The notes beneath the pieces were generated by a model. The model was not told the origin of the DNA and searched no databases. It saw only the letters and a list, made by a program, of their open reading frames with translations. This document shows, in pieces, positions 25,973 through 26,234 of a stretch of 26,234 nt of DNA. The position numbers were made by a program, and so were the translations under genes. The DNA comes from a virus. Lineage: Duplodnaviria > Caudoviricetes. Each line of letters starts with the position of its first letter. Positions within the stretch are counted from its first letter, which is position 1. The stretch is taken from the IMG/VR virus record IMGVR_UViG_3300031707_003683, positions 1 to 26,234 of that record, one strand, 5' to 3'.

Positions 25973-26234
25973 ATGATATCGGAAATTCAAAGATATACGA
26001 ACGAATATTTTTATTATAAAGGTTGGGACAGAGCGTGGGAGGGCGGCGGCATATTCGATCAGTACGCCCATATATTTACTCCATATTTTGTTTCATTGGC
26101 ATTTGAGAGAGATTATAGGTTTAGATTTGATGTGTTAGAAGCTCAGCGTAGGATTGATGAGTATGGTTGGGAAGGTAGTGGGGGTATTAGGCGATATGAG
26201 CAAGGTATGTATCAAAGGATGAAATCAGACATGA
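25973..26234 (+). CDS. partial hypothetical protein running off the window (frame open from 25874; first ATG at 25973)
   Basis: Uninterrupted frame MISEIQRYTNEYFYYKGWDRAWEGGGIFDQY... to the window end. Confidence 0.55.
   Translation, partial: MISEIQRYTNEYFYYKGWDRAWEGGGIFDQYAHIFTPYFVSLAFERDYRFRFDVLEAQRRIDEYGWEGSGGIRRYEQGMYQRMKSDM

Noticed and set aside
1-26234. Stop-codon reassignment (code 15 or 4) as in some large phages
   Set aside because: Code 11 gives full-length genes with tight packing, and TAA, TAG and TGA are all used as stops
1-26234. Cellular chromosome origin suggested by tig, dnaE, recA and ruvC
   Set aside because: dNMP kinase, gp32-like SSB, many free-standing homing endonucleases, divergent sequences and missing bacterial synteny (no clpPX, ruvAB or rpoD) favour a large phage; no capsid genes are in the window, so this remains an inference

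Overview
AT-rich (roughly one-third GC by eye), densely packed, all-plus-strand gene array in standard code 11. It is best read as the DNA replication/recombination module of a large (jumbo-type) bacteriophage. Core genes: stand-alone CHC2 primase zinc finger, SbcD/Mre11 and SbcC/Rad50, dNMP kinase, Cas4/RecB-like exonuclease, trigger factor, DnaE-type Pol III alpha, UvsY-like protein with RecA/UvsX, gp32-like SSB, RuvC, and a DnaG catalytic core lacking its zinc finger. Five free-standing endonuclease genes from four families are interspersed. Main observations: (1) a 141-aa mini-intein in the HTH of a small sigma-70 region-4-like protein, flanked by LAGLIDADG and GIY-YIG genes; (2) the 9-mer GTCGAGCTT in three of the few intergenic gaps, a candidate phage-specific -35 element; (3) a primase apparently split into two genes ~20 kb apart; (4) a phage-borne trigger factor with a shortened FKBP domain; (5) a lipoprotein with a knottin-like C-C-CC-C-C pattern; (6) an unannotated 58-codon ORF overlapping the CHC2 gene by 100 nt. 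No rRNA, tRNA or CRISPR array was seen. All assignments come from motif recognition by eye; no database search was run.
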